Assembly: GCA_041661745.1 (NCBI GenBank)
Contig: JBAZTR010000002.1
Location: 68,368 to 132,367 of the forward strand
DNA length: 64,000 bases
From: Patescibacteria group bacterium
GTDB lineage: Bacteria > Patescibacteriota > Patescibacteriia > UBA9934 > GWF2-40-263
Direction: 5' to 3'
This document shows positions 1-9,388 of the stretch, piece after piece (position 1 is the first letter of the stretch; the number at the start of each line of letters is the position of its first letter). Made by a program: the position numbers and the translations under genes. The notes beneath the pieces are model-generated. The model saw only the letters and a list, made by a program, of their open reading frames with translations. It was not told where the DNA came from and made no database searches.

Positions 1-1693
1 TAACCTTAACATCAATTAACGGGTAACCGGCCAAAACACCGCGATCAGAGGCTTCGTGAGCTCCTTTATCAATAGGCGAAATGTATTCGCGCGGGATTGA
101 ACCACCTTTGATTTCCTCAAAGAATTCATAACCCTTGCCTGGTTCGTTCTTTTCGATTCTGAGCCAGCAGTGACCATATTGACCACGACCGCCAGACTGA
201 CGAATATACTTACCTTCGGCTTCGGATGAACCGCGAATAGTTTCCTTATAAGCAACCTGTGGTTTACCAACAGTGGCTTCCACATTAAATTCGCGCTTCA
301 TGCGATCGACAATAATGTCGAGGTGGAGTTCGCCCATACCACCGATGATTGTCTGCAAAGTTTCTTCGTCAGTATGTACTTTGAAAGTCGGGTCTTCTTC
401 GGCCAATTTTTGAAGAGCAACGGCCATTTTTTCTTGGTCAACTTTGGTCTTAGGTTCAATAGCAATAAAGATAACCGGCTCAGGAAAGGTAATTGATTCA
501 AGAACAATTGGATGATCAGGGTCACACAAGGTATGACCGGTAAAAGTACTCTTTAAACCAACGGCCGCGGCGATTTCACCAGCATAAACTTCGTCTACAT
601 CCTCGCGGCTGTTGGCGTGCAAACGAACAATGCGACCCAAACGTTCGCGCTCGCCAGTAATGGAGTTTAAAACATACGAGCCGGCTTTGACTGTACCAGA
701 ATAAACGCGGAAAAAAGCCAGTTTCCCAACAAACGGATCAGCGGCGATTTTGAAAGCCAAAGCCGTGAATGGTTCGGAATCCTCTGGTTTTCGGGCAATA
801 ATAATTTCAGAATTATCAGGATCAGTTCCTGTCATTGGCGGAACATCGAGCGGCGATGGTAGATAGTCAACGACCGCATCAAGCATCATTTGGACACCTT
901 TGTTTTTTAAGGCACTACCACAAAGAATCGGAATAACCTGGGTGGCAATGCAAGCTTTACGCAAAACACGCTTTAAATCTTCCAAAGGGATTTCTTCACC
1001 GGCCAAATATTTGGTCATGAGGGCTTCGTCGTTTTCCACGATGGCCTCAATAAGTTGCGCTCGGTATTTTTTGGCCAAATCCAACATGTCGGCCGGAACC
1101 TCTGATTCTTCAATGTCTTTACCCATTTCGTCTTTATAAATCTCGGCTTTCATGCGCAACAAATCGACAATACCGACAAATTTATCTTCAGTTCCAATAG
1201 GCAACTGAATAGGATAGGCATTCTTGGTTAAACGATTATGAATCGATTCGACATCCTTAAAAAAATCAGCCCCGGTACGATCGAGTTTATTAATAAAGCA
1301 CAAACGCGGCACGTTGTAATCATCAGCGTAACGCCAGTTGGTTTCGGACTGTGGTTCCACGCCAGCCACGCCATCGAAAATAACGCAGGCGCCGTCGAGC
1401 ACACGAAGGGAACGCTTAACTTCAACCGTAAAATCAATGTGTCCTGGGGTATCAATTAGGTTAATGCGGTGACCTTTCCAAAAACAAGTGGTAGCCGCGG
1501 CAGTAATGGTGATACCGCGTTCCTGTTCCTGTTCCATCCAGTCCATAGTGGCCGCACCTTCATGAACCTCACCAATTTTATGCTTTTTACCAGTGTAATA
1601 AAGGACGCGCTCGGACACTGTCGTCTTACCAGCGTCAATGTGGGCAATAATCCCGATATTACGGGTTTTTTCTTGAGAATATTCTCGAGGCAT
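1..1693 (-). CDS. fusA: Elongation factor G (5' part; runs off window edge)
   Basis: Manual translation from ATG at 1693: [25 protein letters not shown]...DTPGHIDF; same frame at the window edge reads [14 protein letters not shown]. Absent from ORF track only because the stop is outside the window. Confidence 0.97.
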   Translation of the reverse strand, partial: MPREYSQEKTRNIGIIAHIDAGKTTVSERVLYYTGKKHKIGEVHEGAATMDWMEQEQERGITITAAATTCFWKGHRINLIDTPGHIDFTVEVKRSLRVLDGACVIFDGVAGVEPQSETNWRYADDYNVPRLCFINKLDRTGADFFKDVESIHNRLTKNAYPIQLPIGTEDKFVGIVDLLRMKAEIYKDEMGKDIEESEVPADMLDLAKKYRAQLIEAIVENDEALMTKYLAGEEIPLEDLKRVLRKACIATQVIPILCGSALKNKGVQMMLDAVVDYLPSPLDVPPMTGTDPDNSEIIIARKPEDSEPFTALAFKIAADPFVGKLAFFRVYSGTVKAGSYVLNSITGERERLGRIVRLHANSREDVDEVYAGEIAAAVGLKSTFTGHTLCDPDHPIVLESITFPEPVIFIAIEPKTKVDQEKMAVALQKLAEEDPTFKVHTDEETLQTIIGGMGELHLDIIVDRMKREFNVEATVGKPQVAYKETIRGSSEAEGKYIRQSGGRGQYGHCWLRIEKNEPGKGYEFFEEIKGGSIPREYISPIDKGAHEASDRGVLAGYPLIDVKV

Positions 1694-1699
1694 AAATTT

Positions 1700-2167
1700 T
1701 TATTTAGCAAAATGAGCAAACGCTTTGTTGGCTTCGGCCATACGCTGAACATCCTGTTTCTTTTTGACGGCGTCACCTTCACCTTTGGCCGCGGCCATAA
1801 GCTCATCGGCCAATTTTTGGGCCATTGGACGGCCTTTTTTGCCGCGGGTGGTATCCAAAATCCAGCGGAACGACAAAGCCAGTCGGCGTTCACCGCGGAC
1901 TGGCATTGGAATTTGATAGTTAGCACCACCGACGCGTTTGGATTTAACTTCCAAGGACGGCATGGTGTTTTTTAAAGCATTCTCAAAAACCTCGACCGGA
2001 TCGGACTTGGTTTTTTCGGAAATAATGTTGAACGCTGAATAAACAATGTCTTGGGCAATGGTTTTTTTACCGCTGACCATGACATAGTTTATTAATTTAG
2101 CGACTTGGACATTGCCATATTTGGCATCGGGGGCAATAACCCGAAGAGTTGCGGATTTACCACGCAT
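1700..2167 (-). CDS. rpsG: 30S ribosomal protein S7
   Basis: RVGGANYQIP, MAEANKAFAHF motifs; str operon order. Confidence 0.98.
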   Translation of the reverse strand: MRGKSATLRVIAPDAKYGNVQVAKLINYVMVSGKKTIAQDIVYSAFNIISEKTKSDPVEVFENALKNTMPSLEVKSKRVGGANYQIPMPVRGERRLALSFRWILDTTRGKKGRPMAQKLADELMAAAKGEGDAVKKKQDVQRMAEANKAFAHFAK

Positions 2168-2177
2168 AAATATTTAC

Positions 2178-2221
2178 TTTCGGCCGGTTAGCTTCCCCGC
2201 GTGTGGGGTACTCCGCCGAAA
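2178..2221 (-). promoter_or_regulatory. Extended hairpin in rpsL-rpsG spacer (candidate S7 autoregulatory element)
   Basis: UUUCGGC/GCCGAAA, GG/CC, AGU/GCU, CCCC/GGGG pairings on the mRNA strand; no U-tract. Confidence 0.45.
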
Positions 2222-2234
2222 AAATTAAGAATGA

Positions 2235-2660
2235 TTACTTTTTAGCTTTAGGTTTTTTGACGCCGTAAAGAGAACGGCTGCGATTGCGACCAGAAACACC
2301 TTGAGTGTCGTAAACACCACGAACGATGTGATAACGGACACCAGGCAAATCTTTAACACGACCGCCACGAATCATAACGATAGAGTGTTCCTGAAGGTTA
2401 TGACCTTCGCCCGGAATGTAGGCGGTAACTTCCATACCATTGGAAAGACGAACACGAGCAATTTTACGAATGGCTGAGTTCGGTTTCTTTGGGGTCATGG
2501 TGGTAACCTTAACACACACGCCGCGCTTAAAAGATGCGCCCATGGCAATTTCATTGCGCTTGCGATGCAAGGAATCCAAAGAAATCTGCATGGCTGGCGA
2601 TTTGCTCTTTGCCTTTTTAGAATGACGTCCTTTACGGATTAATTGATGAATTGTAGGCAT
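2235..2660 (-). CDS. rpsL: 30S ribosomal protein S12
   Basis: [23 protein letters not shown]. Confidence 0.99.
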   Translation of the reverse strand: MPTIHQLIRKGRHSKKAKSKSPAMQISLDSLHRKRNEIAMGASFKRGVCVKVTTMTPKKPNSAIRKIARVRLSNGMEVTAYIPGEGHNLQEHSIVMIRGGRVKDLPGVRYHIVRGVYDTQGVSGRNRSRSLYGVKKPKAKK

Positions 2661-2736
2661 AATTAAACTTTTTTAGATGGCAAAAGAGTATCACGGAGTG
2701 TGGATGACGTCAAGATTTAATGGGCCCTATCGGGCT

Positions 2737-3450
2737 TTAAGGCTTTATGGCCACCAAAATCTTTTCCACGTATTCCTTAACCTTTAATTGCTCGACTAGA
2801 GGATTCTCAAGTTCCAAAGCGATAAACGGAGGAACTTGCGATAAAGAAACATTTTTTAAATAATCAAAATCAGTAAGATTGTTAAACCAATGATAGGAAC
2901 AACGGAAACTCTGTTCGCGTTCGTCGAAATGAGGTTCTTCCCTTACTGCACTAATATGACCACAACCGATCGGAAAACGGGAATAAATTTCTTGCCACTG
3001 TTTAAAGGTGTCGGGAAAAAATCTACGGGCGTCCTCCACGTGTGAAAAATCCAGACATAAACCAGCAAAACCCTTGAGGTCTTCTTCGGTAATCGGGGCG
3101 AAAGTATTTTCGATATAAATCTGCTGGTAATATTTTGTCAGGTCGTGTTCCATGCCAAACTCAGACAAAAGATGAAAATTAAAAGCTTTTGTTTGCCAAC
3201 GCTTGATTAAATATTCCAACTCCTCTGGTCGCATATCCGAACGAATATGAACAAAAGGAATTTCTTCGAGTTTAGTATTTTCTAAAGCATGAAAAAGTTC
3301 TTGGCGTTCTTCAAAGCCTATAGTCGTGACGAAAACCGCAACTTGTTTTAAACCAAGTTGATCAATTTCCTTAACTTTTTCCCGCCAGCCACCCAAACCA
3401 TCCTTACTCAATAAAGTCGAGGTTACGGTGGGCAAAATCAAACTTTTCAT
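2737..3450 (-). CDS. Hypothetical protein, possible xylose-isomerase-like TIM barrel
   Basis: IENT, CLDFSH, HIS and ALELE motifs; start moved to MKSLILP at 3450. Confidence 0.55.
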   Translation of the reverse strand: MKSLILPTVTSTLLSKDGLGGWREKVKEIDQLGLKQVAVFVTTIGFEERQELFHALENTKLEEIPFVHIRSDMRPEELEYLIKRWQTKAFNFHLLSEFGMEHDLTKYYQQIYIENTFAPITEEDLKGFAGLCLDFSHVEDARRFFPDTFKQWQEIYSRFPIGCGHISAVREEPHFDEREQSFRCSYHWFNNLTDFDYLKNVSLSQVPPFIALELENPLVEQLKVKEYVEKILVAIKP

Positions 3451-3451
3451 A

Positions 3452-4114
3452 CTAGAAAAACATGGTCTGAATCGGCCCAAGCAGAAAACCGGCCGTGTGA
3501 TTTACCAAAAAATCCAAAAAGAAAAAAATGTTTACGCCAGCAAAAGAGAGAAAAATCAAAAGCATTAGTAAAAGTTGACCGCGTTGCTCAATCATTTGGC
3601 CAAGCTGTGGGTTATGAAGGAAAGTGTCAAAAATAGCATGCCAAATTTTTGAACCATCAAGTGGTGGCAAAGGAATTAGATTAAAAAATAACAAACCAAG
3701 GTTCAAAATAATAACCAGGTATAAAAAGAAAACCAAAAGATTATTAACGGCGATTAACTCGGCCCCAAGTAGTGCCTGTAAAATAAAGGCAGAAAATGCC
3801 GCCAGTAAAAAATTAGAAGCTGGACCGGCCAAAGCCACCCAAACACCGTCCCACCTAGTGTTCTTTAAATTATAAGGATTAAACGGCACAGGCTTGGCCC
3901 AACCATAACCAATTAAAAGAAAAGAAATAAAACCAAACAAATCAAGGTGTGACAAGGGATTCAAAGTCAGACGACCGGCCGCTTCAGCCGTGTGGTCGCC
4001 GCGAAGGTTGGCAACCATGGCATGTGAAAATTCATGGATAGTAAGGGCTGATAAGACCGCCACCACCCAAGCGACAGCAAGAAAAGGGTCAGAAAAAAGG
4101 AGTTGGAAGAACAT
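3452..4114 (-). CDS. Site-2 protease family (M50) membrane metalloprotease
   Basis: HEFSH zinc motif, AGPASN, NLIPLPPLDG. Confidence 0.93.
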   Translation of the reverse strand: MFFQLLFSDPFLAVAWVVAVLSALTIHEFSHAMVANLRGDHTAEAAGRLTLNPLSHLDLFGFISFLLIGYGWAKPVPFNPYNLKNTRWDGVWVALAGPASNFLLAAFSAFILQALLGAELIAVNNLLVFFLYLVIILNLGLLFFNLIPLPPLDGSKIWHAIFDTFLHNPQLGQMIEQRGQLLLMLLIFLSFAGVNIFFFLDFLVNHTAGFLLGPIQTMFF

Positions 4115-4234
4115 ATTTGAGAAAGTAGGAAGTAGTGAGTAGTGAGTAGTTTGGCCGGCATTATAATAGCATTACTTGCCTTTTTTAGTCGAATAAGTTA
4201 TCATAACGACGCTAAAAACTACTTACTACCTAAT

Positions 4235-4474
4235 ATGTCTAAATTCTGTGACGCTTGTGGCCGCGGCGCTTTAACCATTAACTTGCGCAGTAAAAGCGAA
4301 AACGCTGTTAAATCCAAGCAACAAGTAAATTTGCAAACCGCCAAAATTGACGGGAAACGCGTTAGTATCTGCACCCGTTGCATGAAGACCATGGCCAAAA
4401 AGCCGGGTTTGATTAAAATCACCCCACGCAAAGTTCGTTTGGCCGGACGAAAGACCAAGCAATCCGCAAAGTAA
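4235..4474 (+). CDS. rpmB: 50S ribosomal protein L28 (Zn-ribbon type)
   Basis: MSKFCDACGRG...VNLQ...ICTRCMKT. Confidence 0.85.
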   Translation: MSKFCDACGRGALTINLRSKSENAVKSKQQVNLQTAKIDGKRVSICTRCMKTMAKKPGLIKITPRKVRLAGRKTKQSAK

Positions 4475-4483
4475 TTAAAGTTA

Positions 4484-4515
4484 AAAAATCCGATCGTGGA
4501 AAACGATCGGATTTT
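4484..4515. terminator. Bidirectional intrinsic terminator between rpmB and murA
   Basis: AAAAATCCGATCGT-ggaaa-ACGATCGGATTTTT. Confidence 0.8.
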
Positions 4516-4522
4516 TGTTTTA

Positions 4523-5830
4523 CTATTCTTCAACTCTTTTAATATTCGCTCCCAGCCCTTTCAGCTTTTCTTCCAAACGTTCGTAACCGCGATCAAGATG
4601 TTCGATACCAGTTAAGACCGACTCACCTTCGGCCACTAAGGCGGCTAAGACCAAAGCCAAGCCAGCGCGAATGTCGGGCACAACAATTGGCGCGGCTTTT
4701 AACGGTGTTGGTCCGTTAATAACCGCAGCGTGTTTGTAGTTCATGCCTTTGAAGCGGCAATTTATTTCGCCGAGACAATTTGGGAACAAGGTGATGTCAG
4801 CTCCCATAATATTCAGAGTCTCGGTATATCCGAAACGTTCTTCATAAACTGTTTCATGAACAACACTGGTTCCTTGAGCTTGTGTTAAAACGACAGTGAA
4901 CGGCTGTTGCCAATCGGTCATAAAACCGGGATGAGTATCGGTTTCAAGTTCAATGCCGTGTAAACCATTATCGCGTTTAAACAAAATGCCATCTTCCCTG
5001 ACTTCGTAAGTGCCACCAATTTTTCTGACAGCGTTTAAAAAAGTTATCAAGTGATCGTGTACCGCGCCTTTGATAAAAATTTCACCATTGGTGGCCATGG
5101 CCATACAAGCGTAACTGACGGCTTCGTTTCGATCGGGCATAACCCGAGCCTGACAACCATTTAGTTTCTCAACACCGATAATTTCAAATTGACGACCGAC
5201 CCCGACCTCAATTATGGCCCCCATTTTTTGGAGCATCTTAACCAGTTCCATAATCTCTGGTTCGATAGCGGCGTTTCTAATAACCGTGCGCCCCTTGGCC
5301 AGAACACCGGCCAAAATAACTGTCTCGGTCGCGCCAACCGAAGGAAACGGCAGTTCAATTAATGTGCCTTTCAGACGACCTTCGACCGAGGCACGATAAC
5401 CATCAGGAAGCTCCTCGATTTTCGCGCCCATTTTCTTTAAGGCATCAAGGTGAAAGTTAACCGGCCGCGGCCCAATTTTATCGCCACCGGCCACCGGCAC
5501 AAAAGCTTCGCCAACGCGATGAAGCAACGGAGCGATAGATAAAACAGAGATACGATTTTGGCGTGACAAACCGGTCACGGACGGCGAGGAAATTTTAGCC
5601 GCGTTAACCTCGACTGTATGTTCGGCCACCCATGTGGTGGTGGCACCAATGGCGTGAAGAATTTCTTCAGTAATCTGGACCTCGGCATGACGCGGCAGAT
5701 TTTCCAAAATCACCGGCTCATCGGTTAAAAGAGCGGCGATCATCATTTTAGACGAAGCGTTTTTTGCTCCAGAAAGTTCCACGGTTCCCTTTAAAGGTTT
5801 ACCGCCAATAATATGATAAGTTGATGTCAT
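4523..5830 (-). CDS. murA: UDP-N-acetylglucosamine 1-carboxyvinyltransferase (Asp-type)
   Basis: SGAKN, GGDKIGPRPV, PSVGATE, PGFMTDWQ, DIRAG, HLDRGYE; likely start MTSTY at 5830. Confidence 0.95.
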   Translation of the reverse strand: MTSTYHIIGGKPLKGTVELSGAKNASSKMMIAALLTDEPVILENLPRHAEVQITEEILHAIGATTTWVAEHTVEVNAAKISSPSVTGLSRQNRISVLSIAPLLHRVGEAFVPVAGGDKIGPRPVNFHLDALKKMGAKIEELPDGYRASVEGRLKGTLIELPFPSVGATETVILAGVLAKGRTVIRNAAIEPEIMELVKMLQKMGAIIEVGVGRQFEIIGVEKLNGCQARVMPDRNEAVSYACMAMATNGEIFIKGAVHDHLITFLNAVRKIGGTYEVREDGILFKRDNGLHGIELETDTHPGFMTDWQQPFTVVLTQAQGTSVVHETVYEERFGYTETLNIMGADITLFPNCLGEINCRFKGMNYKHAAVINGPTPLKAAPIVVPDIRAGLALVLAALVAEGESVLTGIEHLDRGYERLEEKLKGLGANIKRVEE

Positions 5831-5861
5831 AGGAAGTAGCTTGTAGGAGGTAGCTTGTAGA

Positions 5862-6452
5862 TTAGACACTAATATTTTTTAGAAAATCTTTTAATTTGGA
5901 GAAAGCACGACCACGATGACTTAAGGTGTGTTTTTCTTCACGCGGCATTTCGGCAAAAGTTTGTTCGTGGTCAGCCGGAATAAAAATTTGATCGTAAGGT
6001 AATTTGGGGTTGGCGATACCGCGACGTTCTTTAATGACTCGGCCGGGCGAGAGTCCTTCAAAAACATATTCACGACCATCCGGCATAACCAAGGCCACCG
6101 CACAATGAAAAGCCGCGCCAAGATTTTCTTCCGGGATATCTTTTATTTTATTCAAAGTAAAATCAACGAGGTCGTTCCCTTCACCGGCCCAACGCGCCGT
6201 GTAAATACCAGGAGCACCATTAAGAGCCTCGAGACAAATTCCAGAGTCGTCGGCCACCGCACAGGTGCCACTTTTGGAACAAACGAACCGGGCTTTCTTT
6301 AAAGCATTCTCTTTAAAAGTTAAACCGTCCTCGATTGGGTCTTCGGTAACTCCAGCTTCGTCGGCACTTGAGACTTCGATGTTTAATTCATCCAGAAGTT
6401 CTTGCATCTCTTTTATTTTTCCGGGGTTATGGGTGGCGAAAATCAATTTCAT
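5862..6452 (-). CDS. rdgB: dITP/XTP pyrophosphatase (Ham1 family)
   Basis: ATHNPGK, ADDSG, GAPGIYTAR, SHRGRA. Confidence 0.95.
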   Translation of the reverse strand: MKLIFATHNPGKIKEMQELLDELNIEVSSADEAGVTEDPIEDGLTFKENALKKARFVCSKSGTCAVADDSGICLEALNGAPGIYTARWAGEGNDLVDFTLNKIKDIPEENLGAAFHCAVALVMPDGREYVFEGLSPGRVIKERRGIANPKLPYDQIFIPADHEQTFAEMPREEKHTLSHRGRAFSKLKDFLKNISV

Positions 6453-6547
6453 AATTGCTAATCCACCTTAGCAGAAAAAAGGGCGTCTTGGCAACCACGC
6501 CCCTTTTCATAAAACCCACTTTGGTTTAAAGTAATGGACGCGAAGCT

Positions 6548-6623
6548 CGGGCTATAGCGCAGTTGGTAGCGCGCTTGCATGGGGTGCAAGAGGCCGTGGG
6601 TTCAAGTCCCGCTAGCCCGACCA
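6548..6623 (+). tRNA. tRNA-Pro(GGG)
   Basis: CGGGCTA acceptor stem, CTTGC-ATGGGGT-GCAAG anticodon arm, GTTCAAGTC T-loop, encoded CCA. Confidence 0.95.
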
Positions 6624-6701
6624 AAAACACACGAATAAATTTCGCGTGTTTTTATTTTAATAAAAAAACACGACCAGCGAATGGCCGTGAAGAGATCTCT
6701 T

Positions 6702-7733
6702 TTAGTAACGCCGACTGGCCGCGCGAGCTAGAGCAAATTCACGCAGCACCTCGAGGCCATCCTCCCACCGAATGCCGAAGAGCTTCTGTGGATATCGAAC
6801 CTTTAAAAACTCCCCAAGTCGACTGGCTTCATAGACCAGGTGGTGAGTCGGACCCGGCCTAACATTCATAGCGAGATAAACCTCCCACGAAGCCAACTGG
6901 AACTCGAAAGCCTTGGAATGCCAGCGTACTCTTAACCGACGAAGCCCTTTGACACCTGGACCAGAAGAATAATTACTAATACTGGTCCGTTCGTATACAA
7001 CAGCGTTCAGTTGACGCAAGGCTACTTCAAGTCGAGCGATCGTTTCGGAAAAATCACCGGAGACCACGGTGATTCTGATTGCCCGACGATCATCAAGATT
7101 AACACGAAAAACTTCACCCTCTTCAAGACAGTCACGAAACAGTTTCAGGATTATGGCGAAGCGCTCCTTAGGACGATCTTCGAAGTAAATCCTAGCTGCA
7201 CCAAAGTCGCGGCAAGCCAGCGTCAGTTGGTTGGTTTCGTAGACAGCCCTGTCAAAACAGTAACTGAGCTTCTGCTCAGTGGCCGAACTTGAGAAGACCT
7301 CGCTAAACAGGACCTCAACAAGGCTTTGCAAGTCTCGATTGACCCGACGGAACGGATCAAACTTTTCCACCATGGCCAAGGCGATGGATACATCAAGCAA
7401 AACCAACGCTTCGAACGATCGCCGCGGATCCGGCGGGTGGCCACCGAAGTGATTAACGGCTAGATCAATAAGATCGCCGGCGGTATTGGCCAAGCTGACC
7501 CGAGAGTCCAGACCGAGTCGAGAACTAAAGGGGTAAAGAACGCCGTTTTCGATCCCCCTAAAGCCGCTGACGGCAACCGGAATAGCGGCATCGATTTGCT
7601 TTTTGTCTCTTGGTAAGGAACTGAGGATCCAGTCTCGTCTTCTCCCAATGACTTCATCCATTCTAGCGGTTCCTTCTACGACCTTTTGCCAATCGTTAAC
7701 CGAATCAGCAATAAGTTTTCGAAGCCTTTCCAC
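6702..7733 (-). CDS. Divergent RelA/SpoT-synthetase-like nucleotidyltransferase
   Basis: RPKERFAIILKL, DDRRAIRITV, EFQLAS and HLVYE in the order of the RSH synthetase motifs; GTG start at 7733 after AGGAGG. Confidence 0.5.
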   Translation of the reverse strand: MERLRKLIADSVNDWQKVVEGTARMDEVIGRRRDWILSSLPRDKKQIDAAIPVAVSGFRGIENGVLYPFSSRLGLDSRVSLANTAGDLIDLAVNHFGGHPPDPRRSFEALVLLDVSIALAMVEKFDPFRRVNRDLQSLVEVLFSEVFSSSATEQKLSYCFDRAVYETNQLTLACRDFGAARIYFEDRPKERFAIILKLFRDCLEEGEVFRVNLDDRRAIRITVVSGDFSETIARLEVALRQLNAVVYERTSISNYSSGPGVKGLRRLRVRWHSKAFEFQLASWEVYLAMNVRPGPTHHLVYEASRLGEFLKVRYPQKLFGIRWEDGLEVLREFALARAASRRY

Positions 7734-7808
7734 AACACCCTCCTGGGACGAAATAAAAGGAACGCCCACCCATCTTACATGGCGAGCGTTCCTGGTCAAG
7801 ATTCCAAA

Positions 7809-8306
7809 TTACTTTTTAATTGTAAACTGCGTGTATAAAGGATTAAAGTCAACCAACTCCTCTGGTTTAAACCAAACAGCAATCTCCGTCTCAGCTTCCT
7901 CCGGACTACCGGAAGCGTGAACCATGTTGAAAACACCAATACCTCGTTCGTCGGCATGAGCAAAAGAAACGTGAGCGTAATCGCCACGGATGGTTCCAGG
8001 CGCGGCTGACTTTGGTTCAGTTGTGCCAACCATTTTACGGGTGACCTCAACCATTTCAACGCCTTCAACAACAATGGCAACAATTGGACCAGAGGTGAGC
8101 ATGTTAATCATGAGCTCGCGAACTTTTTCGCCACGGCGACGGGCCAAATCTTCAGTGTAATGTTTGCTGGCCGTATCTTTCTCTGACACCAAAAGTTTCA
8201 TACCAACAATTTTGGCGCCGACGCGCTCGAAACGTGTGATAATTTCACCGATAATACCGCGCTCTAAAGCGTCGGGTTTCAGAAGGACTAGGGAACGTTG
8301 AATCAT
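7809..8306 (-). CDS. ndk: Nucleoside diphosphate kinase
   Basis: LLKPDA, PGTIRGD, NMVHASGS. Confidence 0.96.
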   Translation of the reverse strand: MIQRSLVLLKPDALERGIIGEIITRFERVGAKIVGMKLLVSEKDTASKHYTEDLARRRGEKVRELMINMLTSGPIVAIVVEGVEMVEVTRKMVGTTEPKSAAPGTIRGDYAHVSFAHADERGIGVFNMVHASGSPEEAETEIAVWFKPEELVDFNPLYTQFTIKK

Positions 8307-8455
8307 ATTTTAGCTTGTAGCTTGTAGCTTGTAGGAGGTAGGTTTTTCCGGCTCCAACAGACAACAAGCCGATTAATTTTCTGCAAAAAGATTAACATTT
8401 TATTTTTAAAAAAGCAATGATTCCTGCCTACAAGCTACTTCCTACAAACTACAAG

Positions 8456-9388
8456 CTAAAACGGCAATGGCCGACTCTCCACTATCGGTTCCCCACCGGT
8501 CGAGGTAATTAAAACATCGCCATCGAGATCAGTGCGGAAAATTTTGATGCCACGCGTCTGCAAACGTTCAAGAGTGGCCGGATGTGGATGGCCGTAATCG
8601 TTATCAGTGCCAACCGAAATAATGGCGTAGCGCGGCTTAGCAACTTCAAGGAAACTCCCCGAAGTGGAAGTGACACTGCCATGGTGCGCGACCTTCAAAA
8701 CATCAACCGGTTCGGCCAGGTCGTCAAAAATTTCGTCTTCCTCATCAATCGGAGCATCGCCGGTTAAAAGAATCGAGGTCTCACCATAAGTTAAAAGAAG
8801 AACAACCGAGGCTTCGTTTAAGTTGTCGAGTTTTTTGTTTTGTAAATTGGTGTCTGGGGCGATAATTTCTAACCTCACCCCTGCGCCCCTCTCCTTCGCA
8901 AGGAGAGGGGGAGTTCCCTCTGACACCAAGTCCATCACTGCTCCTTGTCCCTCGGTCAACTCGCGAACACTGTCTTGTAGGTCGTCATAACCAAGCACAC
9001 CCGTCTCATAAATTGTCCCGACATTGTAACGAGACAAAACCTCGGGCAAACCACCTTCGTGATCGGCGTGAGGATGAGTGATAATAACAGCATCAATGGA
9101 ACGGTCCCACGGCAACATGACCTGACCAAGTTTGGTTAAAACCGAACTGTCGGCTCCGGCATCCACCAGAATTTGTTCGCCCTCGGGTGTTTCGATGAAA
9201 ATTGCATCGGCTTGCCCCACGTCAAAAATCCAAACCTTCAATTCTTTATCAAGTTGCATTGTATAAAACATCTGCCAGGTTAAAGCTAAAACCATAGCCA
9301 AGGTCATAAGACCAAGGCCAACCAACTTTTTCCGTTGCGCGGAAAATTTTATTGGTCGAGCGCGAGTTTGGATCGGCGAGCGAGCCAT
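8456..9388 (-). CDS. ComEC/Rec2-type MBL-fold nuclease (standalone)
   Basis: DVGQAD, THPHADH, LLTGD, KVAHHGS, NDYGHPH, RTDLDG; start MARSP at 9388. Confidence 0.92.
   Translation of the reverse strand: MARSPIQTRARPIKFSAQRKKLVGLGLMTLAMVLALTWQMFYTMQLDKELKVWIFDVGQADAIFIETPEGEQILVDAGADSSVLTKLGQVMLPWDRSIDAVIITHPHADHEGGLPEVLSRYNVGTIYETGVLGYDDLQDSVRELTEGQGAVMDLVSEGTPPLLAKERGAGVRLEIIAPDTNLQNKKLDNLNEASVVLLLTYGETSILLTGDAPIDEEDEIFDDLAEPVDVLKVAHHGSVTSTSGSFLEVAKPRYAIISVGTDNDYGHPHPATLERLQTRGIKIFRTDLDGDVLITSTGGEPIVESRPLPF
8868..8912. repeat. Palindromic element copy inside MBL nuclease CDS
   Basis: TCTAACCTCACCCC..CCCCTCTCCTT-CGC-AAGGAGAGGGG. Confidence 0.85.

Noticed and set aside
1-1693. Apparent fragmented or pseudogenised fusA (only short ORFs in the track)
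   Set aside because: The start and the window-edge translation are in the same frame; the ORF was omitted because its stop lies outside the window.
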